This document shows positions 11,701-19,806 of a DNA stretch of 64,000 nt, piece by piece. The position numbers and the translations under genes were made by a program. Origin of the DNA: Myxococcales bacterium (lineage in GTDB: Bacteria; Myxococcota_A; Polyangia; Palsa-1104; JAEUJZ01). Each line of letters opens with the position of its first letter. The first letter of the stretch is position 1. The notes under the pieces were generated by a model. It did no database searches. It had not been told where the DNA came from and saw only the letters and a list, made by a program, of their open reading frames with translations. Location of the stretch: assembly GCA_016794505.1 (NCBI GenBank), contig JAEUJZ010000076.1, positions 128,001 through 192,000 of the forward strand. Direction: 5' to 3'.

Positions 11701-13066
11701 CACTCCGTCGAGCGGCGGCACGTCTCTTGGCGCTGGCACCAGCGATACGCCGTTCGCGCAGCCGATCTCTGGCTTGGCTCCCGCGACGACGTATTACTTC
11801 TGCGCCATCGCATCGAGCGCATACGGCACGGTGCTCGGCTCGGTGCTGTCGTTCACCACGCCGCCGTCTTCGTCGATCGTCAAGCCCACCGAGCCAAGCA
11901 CAGGCGCCACCACGTCGAGCCGCGTCCACACCATGGCCGCCACCGAGGTCACGGCCGACGGCGCGGTGCTCAACGGCTCTGCCAACCCCAGCGGCGAACC
12001 GAGCACCGGCTGGTTCCGCTTTGACACCACCGATCCCGGCACCTGCGACGACACGTTCGGCATGCGCACGCCGTCCCAAGGCGGCACCGATCTGGGCAAG
12101 GATCACAAGCCGGTGGCCTTCTCGCAGGGTCTAAGCGGCCTGAAGTCGGGCACGACCTACTACTTCTGCGCCGTCGCGTCGAGCGGCGAGAAGGCGCGCT
12201 TCGGCAGCGTCCTTTCGTTCACCACCCAGGAAGGCACCGCCGCCATCACCACGGCCCCGCCGACCGAGGTCAGCGAAGATGCCGCGGTGCTAAACGCGAC
12301 GGTGGCAGCCCGTGGCGAGACGCCATCCCGCGTGTGGTTCCGCTACAGCGAAAAGAACCCCGGCGCGTGCAGCGACACCTTCGGCATCGCCGCCGAAGCG
12401 AGCGCAGGACTCGGTGCAAGCGGGGAAGGCGCGACGGCGTACTCGGTTGCGGTGTCGGGCCTCAAGCGCGGCACGACCTACTTCGTCTGCGCCTTGGCCC
12501 AAAGCGCCGCCGGTACCCGCCTGGGCGAGGTCCTGTCCTTCGTCGCTGGCGAGAAACCGCCCACCGTGGTCACCGAGGACGCGACGCCCATCGAGGGCAC
12601 CCAGGCCACCGTCACCGGCACCGCCGACCGCAGCAGCGCCCCCAGCAAGGTCTGGTTCCGCTATGGCGAGTCGGATCCTGGTGTCTGCGACGACCGCTTC
12701 GGCAGCCACGTACAGGCCAGCAGTGATACCCCGGTCGACGTCGACAGCTCACGCGGCGTGTACTCCGCACGTCTCGCGGGTCTCAAGCCGAACACCACGT
12801 ATTACTACTGCATCGGCGGCAGCAACCAGGGTGGCGCCACGTTCGGCCAGGTCCGCTCGTTCCGAACCGGCGCGTCGCTTGCGGCCTCGGCTGCCTTGGC
12901 GGGCGATGTGACGGTCGACGCCGTGCGTGAAGCCCCTGAGCCCGTCGAGATGCGCGGCTGCAGCTATCTGCCGCATGCCAGCGAGCGCGGTGCCCAGGTG
13001 CCGCTTGTCGCCCTGCTCTCGCTGCTTGGTCTGCTTGCCTTCCGCCGCCGCCTGCGTCGCAGCTAG
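5744..13066 (+). CDS. giant secreted repeat protein with MYXO-CTERM-like C-terminal sorting signal
   Basis: 2440 aa with an N-terminal signal peptide. It contains 22 tandem ~105-aa units; each carries 'LNG.GNP.G...GWFRY..PGTC.D.FG.R.P.GG..LG' and 'TYYYCAI..N..GT.FG..QSFTTP' (FN3-like strands plus a Cys pair). The C-terminus 'GCSYLPH...VPLVALLSLLGLLAFRRRLRRS' is a Cys + hydrophobic helix + Arg cluster. Confidence 0.85.
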   Translation: MFAEAVRAALVLMFFGVSGQSLTAAPKATTVAASGITTSSAVLNGIGNPSGEATTGRFRYSSTNPGTCNDTFGTRVPTAGGTDLGTGSSPVPYSITTTGLTPGVTYYFCSIVSNASGTSFGAILSFTIPAPPVVVTTGSTMVTSGSATLQGTADPLTSPTTGWFRYGTTNPTACDDSFGTRAPWSGGSSLGSSVGAVAYTTSISGLLPATTYYFCAIAQNGLGTGFGRIESFTTPANAPSVSTNSASSLTRTTGVLNGSANPGGSATTAWFRYATASPGTCNDTFGTRAPASGGSSLGAGTSSANFSQSISGLSSATTYYYCAIAVNAVGTSWGSVQSFTTPSSPTVRTTPASNISNTTATLNGAGNPQRASTTGWFRYAISDPGTCDDKFGSRAPVSGAINLGADIYDVDYLVNISGLSPATTYWYCAIIASSEGTAFGKVMTFTTASAPVAVTNAATNVTSSGAVINGAGNPNGSSASGWFRYYTVDPGTCNDSFGWRIPSSGGTSLGAGNTATPFAQSLSGLSPSTTYYYCAMVNNSYGTSFGAVQSFTTTAMPPTVSTGSASSLTRTTGVLNGYANPGGIATTAWFRYSKVSPGTCNDSFGDRAPGTGGSSLGSGSSSVAFSQAISGLTPATMYYFCAFASNSMGTVVGSVQTFITPASPTARTTPASNISNSSATLNGAGNPQRSAASGWFRYSATNPMTCDDKFGSRAPVSGATNLGADIYDVDYVTNITGLSPGTTYYFCAIVSSTEGIAFGAIQSFTTAGPVTVSTSAATSVTASSAVLNGTGNPNGATAAGWFRYSNTDPGTCNDSFGWRAPYTGNVNLGATATVVPFTQSVTSLSPGTTYYFCAIANNSYGTSFGAVMSFTTPATAPSVSTSGATSLTRTTAVLNGYANPGGIATTAWFRYSKLSPGTCNDSFGDRAPGTGGSALGSGSSGVSFSQAISGLSPATTYYFCAIAANTMGTVLGSVQTFITPGSPTARTTAANNITTTSATLNGAGNPQRAATTGWFRYATSDPGTCDDKFGSRAPVMGGTALGADIYDVDYVTNISGLSSGTTYYYCAIVSSSEGMAFGTIQSFTTSGIPTATTVAASSVTSSSAVLNGTGNPNGAAAIGWFRYSNTDPGTCNDSFGWRAPYTGNSNLGSTAGSVPFAQTVSSLSPGTTYYYCAIASNSYGVGFGAVMTFSTPATAPTVTTSGASNLTRTTGVLNGYANPGGAATTAYFRYDTASPGTCNDSFGKRSPSTGGSSLGSGASSVSFSQSISGLTAATMYYYCAIASNTIGKAFGTVQSFITPSAPTARTTPASNIANTSATLNGAGNPQRAAASGWFRYSTTNPMTCDDKFGSRAPVSGATNLGADIYDVDYVTNITGLSPGTTYYFCAIVSSTEGTAFGTIQSFTTASPPVAITKPATSITASSATLNGEGTPNGSAATGWFRYGNTDPGTCSDSYGTRLPWSGSTSLGAGTTSVPFAGALSSLTPGATYYFCAIVSNGYGTSFGAVQSFKMPATGPAVTTSGASSLTRTTGVLNGYANPGGDATTAWFRYGTASPGTCNDTFGTRAPTTGGSSLGSGTSTVSFSQAISGLSPATTYYYCAIAANSVGTSWGTVQTFITPTAPTALTTPASNITNTTATLNGSGNPNRGATQGWFRYATSDPGTCDDKFGSRAPTSGGVSLGSDIYDQPYSVNIAGLSPATTYYYCAIVSSTEGTAFGAVLTFTTSAPATATTLSASSVASTTATLNGSGNPNGAAATGWFRYSTTSPGTCNDSFGTRMPSSGGTSLGSGTGSVAFGQAITGLSPGVTYYYCAFASNAVGMGMGALLSFTTPASLPTVITEAPSGIAIQLNGTVNPNGAATVGWFRLATTSPGTCNDTFGTRVPTTGGTSLGSGASYVSYQQPAPSLVPGTTYYYCAIASNAVGTSYGVVRSFTAPMPPTVATLAATPVTATTATLNGSGNPNGNSTIAWFRYSTSSPTTCNDVFGTRTPSSGGTSLGAGTSDTPFAQPISGLAPATTYYFCAIASSAYGTVLGSVLSFTTPPSSSIVKPTEPSTGATTSSRVHTMAATEVTADGAVLNGSANPSGEPSTGWFRFDTTDPGTCDDTFGMRTPSQGGTDLGKDHKPVAFSQGLSGLKSGTTYYFCAVASSGEKARFGSVLSFTTQEGTAAITTAPPTEVSEDAAVLNATVAARGETPSRVWFRYSEKNPGACSDTFGIAAEASAGLGASGEGATAYSVAVSGLKRGTTYFVCALAQSAAGTRLGEVLSFVAGEKPPTVVTEDATPIEGTQATVTGTADRSSAPSKVWFRYGESDPGVCDDRFGSHVQASSDTPVDVDSSRGVYSARLAGLKPNTTYYYCIGGSNQGGATFGQVRSFRTGASLAASAALAGDVTVDAVREAPEPVEMRGCSYLPHASERGAQVPLVALLSLLGLLAFRRRLRRS
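6170..11220 (+). repeat. ~957-bp higher-order tandem repeat (three-domain super-repeat, about 5 copies) inside the giant gene
   Basis: The 'SLTRTT..GYANPGG' anchor recurs at ~6485, 7442, 8398, 9356 and 10312 (spacing 956-958 bp). Domain types A-B-C alternate regularly. Confidence 0.8.
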
Positions 13067-13112
13067 CCTCGCCCTGCCCCGCCTCGCTTTTCGCCCCACC
13101 CCGCGTTGCAGC

Positions 13113-13140
13113 CTGGGCCCATCGGGCCGCGACGCCGTCT
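13113..13140. terminator. possible bidirectional hairpin terminator between convergent genes
   Basis: 'GGCCCatcGGGCC' stem-loop followed by 'tctttta', lying between the giant-gene stop (13066) and the GH-gene stop (13150). Confidence 0.3.
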
Positions 13141-13149
13141 TTTACACGC

Positions 13150-14163
13150 CTACACGCCGCGAATAAAGTGGCGCATGCGGGCGCGGTTTTCCGGCGAATA
13201 GTCGACGGCCGGCGGGTTCGCGCAGTGTTCTTCTTCGCGGTTGGCCGACCACAGGAACGTCGCCGGATAGCCTTTTTCAGCCAGCAGCCGCAGGCGGCTC
13301 TCGACGTCCTGCCGCGCGCCTAGCTCGGGCCAGGGACGGTGCGGCGCGGTGGCGATCTCACCGACGATGACCGGCCAGCGCGGGTCAAAGTCGTGGACCG
13401 GTATGTGGCCCGGCTCGGCATAGTAATGAAACTGGTGCAGCGTCAGCCCCATGCCCGGCGAGTCCCACTGCCGCAGCGACGCGTGATACGCGAAGCCCAC
13501 CGTCGACAAAAAGCCCGCTTCGTTGATCAGGCTGGCCCCCCGCGTGATGAACGCCCGCATCTCATCGCGCCGCACTGGTTTGCACGGATCGAGAGCGCTT
13601 AGCGGCTGCTCCGGCGCGCTCGTACACCACTCGGGCTCGTTGATGACTTCCCAGGCATAGATCACGTCGGGAAAGTCCGCCGAGCACTGCAGCAGCGGCA
13701 CCAGCGTCGTCTGCAGAAACGTCTCGCGCTTTTCGGGGTCACACAGAAGCTCGTGGCGGCCCGACTTGACGATGCCATCTGAGCCCGGCACGGCCACACC
13801 CGGAAACGCCAAGTGGAAGTCGACCAGCGACGGCAAAAGCTGAATGCCGGCGATGGCGCAGCGCTCTAGCAGAAAGCTGAAGTCTGCGATGAAGCCGCTC
13901 GGCAGCGACGGAACTTCGCCCATCGTCCAGCCCTTTTGTGCATCCAAGACCGGCTTCTTATCGTCGATGCCATAGGTCGTTCCATCCCCCAGCAGAAACC
14001 AGCGCACCGCGCAGAAGCCCAGCGCAGCAAACTCGGCAAGCTCGTGGTCGATGCGCTCGCGCCACGCGGCCGGCGCGCCCCACAGCGAACCCGAGTTCTT
14101 TTTCGGGGCCGACCCAAAGTCCCAGGCGTAGTTCTTCCATGCGTAGTTGATGCCGACCTTCAT
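13150..14163 (-). CDS. glycoside hydrolase, clan GH-A (GH5-like) TIM-barrel
   Basis: 'WEVINEPEW' is a candidate NEP acid/base motif and 'VIVGEIA' a candidate nucleophile Glu. N-terminus 'MKVGINYAWKNYAWDFG'. Confidence 0.55.
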   Translation of the reverse strand: MKVGINYAWKNYAWDFGSAPKKNSGSLWGAPAAWRERIDHELAEFAALGFCAVRWFLLGDGTTYGIDDKKPVLDAQKGWTMGEVPSLPSGFIADFSFLLERCAIAGIQLLPSLVDFHLAFPGVAVPGSDGIVKSGRHELLCDPEKRETFLQTTLVPLLQCSADFPDVIYAWEVINEPEWCTSAPEQPLSALDPCKPVRRDEMRAFITRGASLINEAGFLSTVGFAYHASLRQWDSPGMGLTLHQFHYYAEPGHIPVHDFDPRWPVIVGEIATAPHRPWPELGARQDVESRLRLLAEKGYPATFLWSANREEEHCANPPAVDYSPENRARMRHFIRGV

Positions 14164-14347
14164 GCCTGCTCCTGTGTCGCGGTGCGTTCAGACGGGCGGG
14201 ACGAGCGCGAGACATCCGTAGCTTATCGCGAATGATCCAGTTGTACGCAGCGCGCGGCAGCGACCTTGGCACGAGCGGCCATGTGGCACGCGCGATCCCC
14301 ACGCAGCACGCGTGATACCCACGTGGCAAGCGTGATACAAACAACTC

Positions 14348-15136
14348 ATGGGCTTGGGCGTTCGTCGTCGATTCGTGGCTGGAATCGGGTCCGATGCAAC
14401 TTGGGATCCAGGCAAGCGGCGACACCGCCGCGCCCGCATCGCAGCGCCGTCCGTGCTAGCGCTGGCACTGTTCGCCTCGGGCTGTGAAGGCCGGGGCGAA
14501 GGACAGATCAGCGGCACGCTGTTTCTGCGCGACTGTCCCGATCAAGATCCGACCTACGACTCGAAGCGCAGCAGCACCGTAGTGCCCAGCCCCTTGCCTG
14601 ACTTTGCCCTGAACCCGACGTACTTTTTCGTCGATGTGCAGTTCGCGCAGCGGCCCGGCTGGTATCCCGATCCGCGCGCCGTCGACTCGATGTTCATCCG
14701 CCTGCAGCGAAGCTCGCACAAGCCGGATCGCACCGATGTATTTCAGCTGTCCGTCCACGACATCGACGGCGTGCTGGCCGCGCAGCAGGCGGCGCTTTCG
14801 CGTGGCGAGCCGGGTGTGCCGATCATTCCGCCGAACGTCTCGACGATGAACGCGCCGCTTCCCGATGACCCCGCCGAGAGCGTACGCGCCGACATCGCGC
14901 TAAACGGCAGCTGCCAGTTTTCACGCGTCGAGCCGCTCATGCGCGGGCACATCCGCTTTTCGGCGCTGGGCCGCAACGTCGGTGAAGAGATCTCCGCGGA
15001 GCTGCGCGTGACCGTCGAAGATGGCCGCGCCGCTCGCGAGCAAGGCAGCCCGCCGCCGAGCCCCAATGTGGCCGGCGAGCTAGCCGGCTCGTTCCGCTTC
15101 TTCATCTCGCGCGGGCAGCGCGGCTATAGCTGGTAG
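14348..15136 (+). CDS. hypothetical lipoprotein
   Basis: 'VLALALFASGC' lipobox. True start uncertain (possibly a downstream GTG/TTG). GC3-rich frame. Confidence 0.45.
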   Translation: MGLGVRRRFVAGIGSDATWDPGKRRHRRARIAAPSVLALALFASGCEGRGEGQISGTLFLRDCPDQDPTYDSKRSSTVVPSPLPDFALNPTYFFVDVQFAQRPGWYPDPRAVDSMFIRLQRSSHKPDRTDVFQLSVHDIDGVLAAQQAALSRGEPGVPIIPPNVSTMNAPLPDDPAESVRADIALNGSCQFSRVEPLMRGHIRFSALGRNVGEEISAELRVTVEDGRAAREQGSPPPSPNVAGELAGSFRFFISRGQRGYSW

Positions 15137-15254
15137 GTCCGCGCCGCCGCTTGCCGCCTGCTCGCATGGTTTCGCCCCGGTCCCCTCGCACCGGGCGCAC
15201 TGTTCGATTGACCACCGCCCAGCCGCAGAATACAGTCGCCGAAGGAGTCTGACC

Positions 15255-15875
15255 TTGACCCGCTTCCTCGATCTCGTGGCGATCCTGATCGTCGCTGTCT
15301 TGGTGCTGCTGCCGCAGCCAGGCGTCACCGTGTTCCCCGCCGTTCAAGGCGACAAGACCGACCTCGATCGGCTGGCTGGTTTGGAAGACGCGCGCTATCG
15401 CGCCCCCGACGATGTCCAGGCCGCCGTCGAGCTAGCCCGCGCCTATCTGCGCGTCGAGCAGCCAGCCTGGGCCGTCGCGGCGCTAGAGCCATTTTTCGGC
15501 CGCGGTGAACACGCAGTGCATCAGGTGGCGGCGTATGCCTATGCCACGCTGCTTCTGCCGCAGGACGCGCTGAAACAGACCGAGCAAGGCCTGGCTGCCT
15601 GCGATGCCAAGCCGACGCACTGCCCCGACATGGCGCGCATCCGGCTGCAGTATCTGGGCGATCTGATGCGCCAGCCCGCGCAGGCCGGTGTCGATCCACA
15701 GACCGACCCGCTGCGCGCCCGCAAGCTGGTGCGCGAAGCCCTGCGCGCCACCAAGCCTGACCTGCGACCGACGGCGGTCCCCTCCCCCACCAAGACTCCA
15801 TCGACCGCCCCGGCTCCATCGACCGCCCCGGCTCCGGCGACCGCCCCGGCTCCGGCGGCGGCTGGATCGCGCTAA
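15255..15875 (+). CDS. membrane-anchored hypothetical protein with Pro/Ala/Thr-rich tail
   Basis: N-terminal TM helix 'LVAILIVAVLVLL'. C-terminal 'PSTAPAPSTAPAPATAPAPAAA' low-complexity linker. Confidence 0.45.
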   Translation: MTRFLDLVAILIVAVLVLLPQPGVTVFPAVQGDKTDLDRLAGLEDARYRAPDDVQAAVELARAYLRVEQPAWAVAALEPFFGRGEHAVHQVAAYAYATLLLPQDALKQTEQGLAACDAKPTHCPDMARIRLQYLGDLMRQPAQAGVDPQTDPLRARKLVREALRATKPDLRPTAVPSPTKTPSTAPAPSTAPAPATAPAPAAAGSR

Positions 15876-15898
15876 GTCAGCTCTTTCTGGCGTTCGCC

Positions 15899-16207
15899 AT
15901 GGCCCGGCATGTGTTCTCTCACCCCCTCGACAACGCCGGGGCGCGTGTTCTGATTGGGCAGGCGTTTACCCATTACGCCGAGCGGTATCCATCGGCAAAG
16001 CTGCAGCTTAAGTGGACGTCGGACACGCACGCCGAGCTCTGTGGTTTGGCGCGCGGCCTGAAGCTTCGGGCCCGCATCGAGCTTCAGGTCAGCCGCTGTG
16101 TCTTGGACGTCGATGTTCCTTTTGTGCTGCGTCCGTTTCAGGACGTGGCGCAGCGCGCGATCGAGCGCGAAGTGAAGCGCTGGCTTGAGCGCGCGGCAAC
16201 TAGCTAG
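15899..16207 (+). CDS. polyhydroxyalkanoic acid system family protein-like (PHA_gran_rgn)
   Basis: 102 aa. The pattern 'H.L..A.AR......YAERY.....L.W.....EL...ARG..L.A.IEL....' parallels the ~90-aa PHA-system proteins. Confidence 0.45.
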   Translation: MARHVFSHPLDNAGARVLIGQAFTHYAERYPSAKLQLKWTSDTHAELCGLARGLKLRARIELQVSRCVLDVDVPFVLRPFQDVAQRAIEREVKRWLERAATS

Positions 16208-16218
16208 CGAGGCCTCAC

Positions 16219-17490
16219 ATGAACAGCGCAGCGGATAGCTCGTTCCCTCGGGGAGCCGAGGTCGTGATCGTGGGCGCCGGCATCATGGGCTGCGGCCTAG
16301 CCTGGCGCCTGGGACAGCTTGGACGCCACGTCGTCGTCGTCGATCGCGCCGAGCCAGGCAGCGAGGCATCGACCGCAGCCGCCGGCATCTTGGCCGCTCA
16401 GATCGAAGCGCAGGGCAGCCCGGCTTTGCTCGATCTGGCCTTGGCCAGTCGGGCCCTGTATCCGCGCTGGGCGCAGGCGCTAGAGGACGAAGTCGACATG
16501 GACATCGGCCTGCGTCGCTGTGGCGTGCTGATGCTGGCGGCCAGCGAGCCGACCCTGCGCGACGCCGACCTGCAGGCGCAAGCGATCCTTTTTGCCGAGC
16601 AGCGCAGCCGTGGTCTGCCCGTCGAGGCTCTCTCGGCCGAGCAGCTCCGCAGCGTCGAGCCAGCACTTGCCACAGCGCCTGGGGCCCTGCTGTTTCCCGA
16701 GGACGGTCAGGTCGAGCCGCCTCGTCTGCTGACAGCCCTGCAGGCCGCGGCACGACGCCATGGTGTGCAGTTCGTATCTGCGGCGGTGCAGCGCATAGAG
16801 CTCGGCTCTACACACAGCGACCCACATCGCGTCTTTCTGCAGCGCAGCGACGGAGAACCGCCGTGGCTGCTCTCGGCCGAGCAGCTCGTGATTTCCGCCG
16901 GTAGCTGGTCGTCTCTGATCGCAGGCGTGCCCCTGCCGCCACCGAGCATCGAGCCCGTACGCGGCCAGATGGTAGAGCTTCTGGCCGCACCGTCGATCCT
17001 GCGCCATGTCTGCTTTGGCCATGTGCCCTCGCATATCGCGGCGCAGCGGGCGCAGCTTCCGTCTTCCGGCAGTCAGAAAGAGGCCGGGCATGGCTACTTG
17101 GTGCCGCGGGGCGATGGCCGCATCGTCATCGGCTCGACGACCGAGCGCGTCGGCTTTGTCAAGGAGGTCACCGTCGCTGGCCTGCTGGATCTTCTGACCC
17201 TGGCTGAGACCTTGGTGCCGGCTCTGGGTCACGCCGTCGTCCGCCGCACATGGTCCGGGCTGCGTCCCGGCAGTCGCGATGGCCTGCCGCTGATCGGCCC
17301 CGTGCCGCGTCCTTTCGAGGACCCCGACAGCGCCCGCGTGTTTGTCTGCAGCGGCCACTATCGCAACGGCATCTTGCTGGCACCGGCCTCGGTCGAAGCG
17401 CTGCTCACCCGCATCGTTCGCCGGCCACTTCCCGTCGAGCTAGCCGCGCTGCCCTGGGATGCCTTTTCCCCCCTGCGCGCGTCGGCCTGA
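16219..17490 (+). CDS. FAD-dependent oxidoreductase (DAO family, glycine-oxidase ThiO-like)
   Basis: Rossmann fold 'VVIVGAGIMGCGLAWRL'. The length (423 aa) and fold are as expected for the DAO (D-amino acid oxidase) family. Confidence 0.75.
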   Translation: MNSAADSSFPRGAEVVIVGAGIMGCGLAWRLGQLGRHVVVVDRAEPGSEASTAAAGILAAQIEAQGSPALLDLALASRALYPRWAQALEDEVDMDIGLRRCGVLMLAASEPTLRDADLQAQAILFAEQRSRGLPVEALSAEQLRSVEPALATAPGALLFPEDGQVEPPRLLTALQAAARRHGVQFVSAAVQRIELGSTHSDPHRVFLQRSDGEPPWLLSAEQLVISAGSWSSLIAGVPLPPPSIEPVRGQMVELLAAPSILRHVCFGHVPSHIAAQRAQLPSSGSQKEAGHGYLVPRGDGRIVIGSTTERVGFVKEVTVAGLLDLLTLAETLVPALGHAVVRRTWSGLRPGSRDGLPLIGPVPRPFEDPDSARVFVCSGHYRNGILLAPASVEALLTRIVRRPLPVELAALPWDAFSPLRASA

Positions 17491-17512
17491 TCGTCGTTTA
17501 TGCTAGTGGCTG

Positions 17513-18904
17513 ATGCGCGATGGAAGCACCGTAGCGACGGTTCACAGCGAGGCTCTGCCGGGATCGAGCGGAGCCGCCCGCGGCTGTCAGCTGGTCGTCG
17601 TCGAAGGCCCAGATAGCGGACGCGCGGCAAGCCTGCGCAGCGACGGCAGCGAGACCCTGGTCGGCGGTGCGTCGGACTGCGACTTGGTGCTGCGCGACGA
17701 GCGCGTCTCGCGTCGACACCTGGCCGTGCGCGAGCTAGCCGGGCGCTTCGTCGTTCGCGACCTGGGCAGCAAGAACGGCACGCTGTACGAAGGCTCGCTG
17801 ATCAGCGAGGTCAGCGTCGGTGCCGGAGCCACATTCAAGCTCGGGCGCAGCTTCGTTCGCATCCAGCCGCGACCGCAGGCGCTTGAGGTTGCGCCCAGTC
17901 AGTCGCGCCGCTTCGGCGACATGGTGGCCGAGAGCCTGAGCATGCGCGAGATCTTCGCGGTGCTAGAGCTTGCGGCCGGCTCGGACGTCACCGTGCTGCT
18001 TGAAGGCGAGACCGGCACCGGAAAAGAGCTCGCGGCCCGCGCCATCCACGAAAAGAGCGCCCGTCGCACCGGCCCCTTCGTCGCCATCGACTGCGGCGCC
18101 CTGCCCGAGACGCTGCTTGAAAGCGAGCTATTCGGCCACGTCAAAGGCGCGTTCACCGGGGCCGCGCAGAGCCGTGCCGGCGCCTTCGCCCGCGCCCACG
18201 GTGGCACCATTTTTCTCGACGAGCTGGGCACGGTTCCGCTAGCGATGCAGGCCCGCCTGCTGCGCGTGCTGGAAGAGCGCACGGTGCGGCCGGTGGGCGC
18301 CGATCTAGAAAAGCGCGTCGACGTGCGTGTGCTGGCCGCCTCGCCCAACGATCTGAACACGCGCGTGGCCGAGGGCGCCTTTCGCGCCGACCTGTTCTAT
18401 CGCCTGTCCGTCGTGCGCGTGGTGCTGCCGCCGCTGCGCGCTCGTCGCGAAGACATCCCGACGCTGGTGACCGAGCTTCTGCGACGACGAGGCCTGGCCG
18501 CGGGGCGGGTCTTTGGCCCGAACCTGGATCGGCTGATGGCGCACTCGTTCCCCGGCAACCTGCGCGAGCTTCGCAACATCATCGACCGCGCCTTGGCCTT
18601 GTCACCGGGAGCCGCCGCCTTCGCCGATCTGCGACTGCAGATCACGCCTCAGCCCATGGAAGAAGGCGTCGCGGTACGCAGCGATCTGCCCTATGCCGAA
18701 GCCAAAGCGGCGCTCTTGCACAGCTTCGAGCTGCGCTATCTGCGCGACCTGCACCAGCGGCATCAAGGCAACATCTCGGCCGCGGCGCGGGCCTCGGGCT
18801 TGGATCGCAAGCACCTGCGCTTGCTGCTGCGCAAGCACGGCCTGGTCGCCGCGCAGGACACCCCAGCCAGCACGCCCAGCGACGAAGACGAGCGCGAAGA
18901 ATAG
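17513..18904 (+). CDS. sigma-54-dependent transcriptional activator with N-terminal FHA domain
   Basis: FHA signature '[25 protein letters not shown]'. AAA+ sigma-54 interaction motifs '[18 protein letters not shown]', 'GAFTGA', 'ESELFGH'. C-terminal Fis-type HTH. Confidence 0.85.
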   Translation: MRDGSTVATVHSEALPGSSGAARGCQLVVVEGPDSGRAASLRSDGSETLVGGASDCDLVLRDERVSRRHLAVRELAGRFVVRDLGSKNGTLYEGSLISEVSVGAGATFKLGRSFVRIQPRPQALEVAPSQSRRFGDMVAESLSMREIFAVLELAAGSDVTVLLEGETGTGKELAARAIHEKSARRTGPFVAIDCGALPETLLESELFGHVKGAFTGAAQSRAGAFARAHGGTIFLDELGTVPLAMQARLLRVLEERTVRPVGADLEKRVDVRVLAASPNDLNTRVAEGAFRADLFYRLSVVRVVLPPLRARREDIPTLVTELLRRRGLAAGRVFGPNLDRLMAHSFPGNLRELRNIIDRALALSPGAAAFADLRLQITPQPMEEGVAVRSDLPYAEAKAALLHSFELRYLRDLHQRHQGNISAAARASGLDRKHLRLLLRKHGLVAAQDTPASTPSDEDEREE

Positions 18905-18916
18905 CGGGGTGACGCG

Positions 18917-19762
18917 TCACAGAACGCGCACGACGATGGCCGAGATGTTGTCGCGACTGCCCGCGTCGAACGCGGCTTGGATCAGCGCCTCGGTGGCGTT
19001 CTGCACCGCCTTGGGTTGCTCGCTGCGCGCCTGCAAAAGCCAATCGGCCAGCGCGGAATCGGGCAGCGGATCGCTCAACCCATCCGAGCACAAAAGAAAG
19101 ACATCGCCCGGCTCGGCCTCGACGGTGCGCACGTCGGGCTCGGCGCGGTCAGCCAGTCCCAGGGCGCGCGTGATGACGTTGGCGAACGAGCACTCGCGCT
19201 TGCTGCGCAGGCTGTCGGCAAGGCCCGCGGCCCGCGCTTCTTCATACAGCGAGTGATCGCGCGTCAGCTGCGAAAGCTCGGTGCCGCGCAGGCGATAGAT
19301 GCGGCTGTCTCCGACGTGGGCCAGCGTGATGCTGCGACCGCTGACCGAAAGCGCCACCACCGTCGATCCCATGTCGCGCAGTGGACCCGTGCGACGGGCG
19401 ATGATGTTGCGGTTGGCCAAGCGAATCGCGGCAACCAAGAGGTTTTCTTCAAACGTCTTGTCGCGATCCAGGCGCCATGGAAACGTGGCATCGGCGTCGG
19501 CGCGCAGGCGCTCATAGACCTGCTGCATCGTCTCGATGACGATCTGGCTGGCCACCTCGCCGCCTTCGTATCCGCCCATGCCGTCGGCGACGACAAACAG
19601 GCCATGCGACGACAGGTGCAAGAGCCCATCTTCGTTGCTCTCGCGGCGGCCCACGCTGGTGGCGGCGAAGCTCTGCACGCGAATCGGTGCCGGACGCGAC
19701 GGAGTACGCACAGCGACGGCAGGGACCACAGGCAGCGGAGTGATAGGCGATACGGCGGACAT
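18917..19762 (-). CDS. PP2C-family Ser/Thr protein phosphatase
   Basis: 'RESNEDG', 'FVVADGMGG', 'LCSDGL' and 'GSRDNIS' are PP2C motifs. Strong RBS GGGAGG precedes the ATG at 19762. Confidence 0.85.
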   Translation of the reverse strand: MSAVSPITPLPVVPAVAVRTPSRPAPIRVQSFAATSVGRRESNEDGLLHLSSHGLFVVADGMGGYEGGEVASQIVIETMQQVYERLRADADATFPWRLDRDKTFEENLLVAAIRLANRNIIARRTGPLRDMGSTVVALSVSGRSITLAHVGDSRIYRLRGTELSQLTRDHSLYEEARAAGLADSLRSKRECSFANVITRALGLADRAEPDVRTVEAEPGDVFLLCSDGLSDPLPDSALADWLLQARSEQPKAVQNATEALIQAAFDAGSRDNISAIVVRVL

Positions 19763-19784
19763 CTCGACCTCCCTTTCGCCTCTC

Positions 19785-19806
19785 TGCTATCGCCAAAGAC
19801 GTGCCA
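19785..19806 (-). promoter_or_regulatory. putative sigma-54-type -24/-12 element upstream of the PP2C gene
   Basis: Minus-strand 'TGGCACgtcttTGGC' against the consensus TGGCAC-N5-TTGC: GG and GC at the correct spacing, one core mismatch, about 30 nt upstream of the start codon. Confidence 0.3.

Noticed and set aside
6262-12134. Many 60-270-aa ORFs in alternate frames and on the opposite strand within the giant repeat gene (e.g. 6262-6960, 10120-10797, 11047-11607, 11285-12106 minus)
   Set aside because: They are frame-shifted or antisense shadows of the repeat units (Arg/His/Gln-rich and periodic). The single long frame 5744-13066 explains the region.
16480-17358. 292-aa minus ORF opposite the FAD oxidoreductase, and the similar antisense ORF 18977-19957 opposite the PP2C phosphatase
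   Set aside because: Antisense shadows of GC-rich genes. The sense genes carry clear Rossmann and PP2C motifs.
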